Below are positions 60,978 to 64,000 of a stretch of 64,000 bases of DNA, piece by piece. The position numbers and the translations under genes were made by a program. Numbering within the stretch: position 1 is the first letter of the stretch; the number at the start of each line of letters is the position of its first letter. The stretch is from the human T2T-CHM13v2.0 reference genome, Homo sapiens. The notes beneath the pieces were generated by a model that saw nothing but the letters and a program-made list of their open reading frames with translations, was not told the origin of the DNA and ran no database searches. The stretch lies in assembly GCF_009914755.1 (NCBI RefSeq), contig NC_060937.1. The stretch is one strand, 5' to 3'.

Positions 60978-62376
60978 AAATAAAGCAAGGCAAAGAATAG
61001 TGTGTCTCTAATGATACCATTTGTGAAGTAAAAATAAACATTTCTTGTATTATTGGACTATATTTCAAAGACACACACTAAATAAATTACAATTATTGGG
61101 TAACTGTGTAGAAGACAGAGTCATTTTTCTTATATACCATTACAAAATATTTGAATTTTGTAGTTACACTGGTATTATCTATTCAATAAAATTACATAAG
61201 AAAAAAGTGAACAATGACCATAAAACAAGATTTAGCAAAAGAGGGTAATACATGTAATACATAGAAACATTTGTTACGTTTTTACCCCCCAAGAAATTAA
61301 GATTTCTTACTCAACAACTGATAAAAGTGAAAGGGGTAAGCAGGATCAGATGCTACCATGTCTTAAAAATCATGTTAAAGCTGTTGGAATTTATTCTATG
61401 AGCAATTAGAAGCCATATTAGTCCATTGAATGGCTTTAGCTTAGGAAGATAACTCCCATTTTGGTTGCACGGTGATGGATTAGATGGGAAAAATCTGGAG
61501 GCGGATCAATTAGTGGTCGTTGCAATAATCCAGGATTCCCACACTTTGCATTAGGCTCTGACTAGAGAAGATGTGTGGTAAACTAGTGATTTTAAATTTT
61601 ATGTTTTACGTAATTCTCAGAGCCATCACATAACTGTCAAAAATAGCCTATTACCTAGATCATACATCTTACTTTCTGGCAAAACAGCATCCCTGTGTTC
61701 CTAGCAACCATTTTATCCCATCACAGACAGGCCAGTCATATTTCAGAAAGATGTTTTTTCTTTCAGCTAATTATAACCTATAACATTGATTCTTATGATG
61801 AGTTTCCCAGAATCACTCTAGCTTTACAACATAGTTTGAAAAGCTAAATGCTCTCATCTTTGTCCAAGGAATATAAAAGTAATCTGATTTCTGTGCACTA
61901 TAGCTTGTCTCCCAGGAAACCACCACAGCCAAGGAAAATATTGATTGAGATAAATGTTACCTTAGGAAGTTAAAATACTAGAGACACTGAACTAAGATAA
62001 GACTATGTATTCATAAACGAATACTCTCCATACTGGAAGCTTGCTTGCCTTTGCATGTAAATATCTTTATTTTATTTCCTCCCTCCTGTGGTCTTTATCT
62101 TTGTATTCTCCTGGTTCCCCCAGAGAAGAAATCCCTTGTTGAAGAAATAAAAGTTCTTAAAGGAAAGCCTGTGAAATCACGTTTCTTTCATTTAAGAAAC
62201 AAAAAATAGTGCTAAAATATATGGAAGCCGTGTATTCACTAGTGATGGGACCAGTGAAAAAGAGGACTATGTTAAAATACCTGCTAGCAATGTTTTTAAA
62301 TGTTATGAGTAAATATAATAGTTGCTCTCCAAGATATGTTACAAAGGCTTAGGCTAATACATATCTCTGAATTTAT

Positions 62377-62694
<318 letters not shown>

Positions 62695-62944
62695 TAAGGC
62701 TGATCAGGCAGTTCTCTTTCTCACATTTTAGGGAAAGGCCTTACCCAGAAACACAACAAAGTGACGGGAAACTAAGAAAGTATAATAGGACTTACATGTA
62801 TCAGATTAACAGAGACTCATGATTTAATACTTCTAATTTGGAACAGGGTTTTTGACATTTTTTTGTGTGATTTTCTTCTAAAAGATAATATTTCCTTTTG
62901 TGTTATTTTTTTTTGGAATTCAAATTAGTTATATTTACATTAAC

Positions 62945-63290
62945 TATAGTAATACAGAAATCTCAAGATATCTGCAGCCCTAAGATAGGAAGTCCCAAAC
63001 AGAAATATTGTTCTTTTCTAAGCATCAATTTAGGGACTTGGGATCCTTTTATCTTGTGGTATGGCTGTCTTCAGCACATGGCTTCCTAGGTTGTTATGCT
63101 TGTCTGCAGGAAAGAGCAACGCAGTTGCCAGGAAGATTTTTATCATCCATTCCCAGACGTGGTTCATACCACTTCTGCTCACATCCCATTGTCTGGGACC
63201 CAGTTACTCTGCAATAGCAAGGGTGAGGGGACACAGAGTCTACCAATTTGTTCAAAAATTGGTTTGTTAAACAGTTAGCCACTCACCATC
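62945..63290 (-). mobile_element. Old MaLR LTR (MLT1K/L-like)
   Basis: cacttctgctcacatcccattg, cagcacatggcttcc, gggatccttttatcttgtgg. Confidence 0.6.
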
Positions 63291-63458
63291 ATGGTCTTTC
63301 ATTGTTTTGAAGTTTTTTGTAAATGTGTTTGTTGTCCTTCAATGGAAAAGGAGTCTTCATATGTAGTGTTAAAAAGGAGGGAATAAAAATTAATAACAAT
63401 GCTCTTTTTGTGCCAGTGGACAATATTTTAAAAGTTTTCAATCAAGAGAAGCAGCATA

Positions 63459-63760
63459 GGCCAGGCGTGGTAGCTCACACCTGTAATACTAGCACTTTGG
63501 GAGGGTGAGGAGGGCCGACTGCCTGAGCTCAGGAGTTCAAGACCACCCTGGGCAACATAGTGAAACCACATCTCCACCAAAATACAAAAAAATTAGCTGG
63601 GCGTGTTGGTGCACACCTGTAATCCCAGTTACTTGGGAAGCTGAGGTAGGAGAATTGCTGGAGCCTGGGGGCAAAGGTTGCAGTGAGCCGAGATCGTGCC
63701 ACTGTACTCAAGCCTGGGAGATAAAGCGAGACTCTGTCAAAAAAAAAAAAAAAAAAAAAA
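63459..63760 (+). mobile_element. Alu (J/S)
   Basis: Full Alu dimer with poly(A). Confidence 0.93.
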
Positions 63761-64000
63761 GGAGAGAGAAAAGCATCATAATCCTTAAGAATTAGACGAT
63801 GGAGCTAAGCCATGAGTTTGTATTATTATGTGCTTTAACAAATCAAGTTGGAAGAGCAATTATCAGAATTGTTAACTTTATGCCAGGACATGTTAAGGAT
63901 ACCAACTCCTAATGCAAATGTTCAGTATGTTTTCTCAGTAAAAAAAAACACCTGATAGGCAAAAGAACACAATAAGTTTTACATGAACATTGTATAAGCT

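Overview
This is primate genomic DNA, almost certainly human because it carries an AluYa5 with all five diagnostic bases. It is intergenic or intronic and dominated by interspersed repeats. These include about 20 Alus, a full-length but disrupted 6.1-kb L1PA with an 18-bp TSD, several older nested L1M/L2/MIR elements, and Tigger-type DNA transposons. ERV-derived sequence includes LTR2, two LTR7, LTR12C with an ERV9 env remnant fused to LTR2B, MER11, MER9, an LTR8-like LTR and MaLR/ERVL LTRs. I recognise no cellular protein-coding gene; nearly all ORFs are repeat-derived. The most unusual signal is a set of short, locally templated copies that transposon annotation does not explain. They are a ~185-bp inverted copy joined to a 21-bp direct copy inside an L2, a 55-bp direct copy next to an LTR, a MIR-bearing segment copied into an L1, a 29-bp patch inside an L1, and an AT-rich VNTR bracketed by a forward/inverted/forward triplication. 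Repeat subfamily names come from recalled consensus sequences and need RepeatMasker/Dfam confirmation. I found no evidence of a new gene system.
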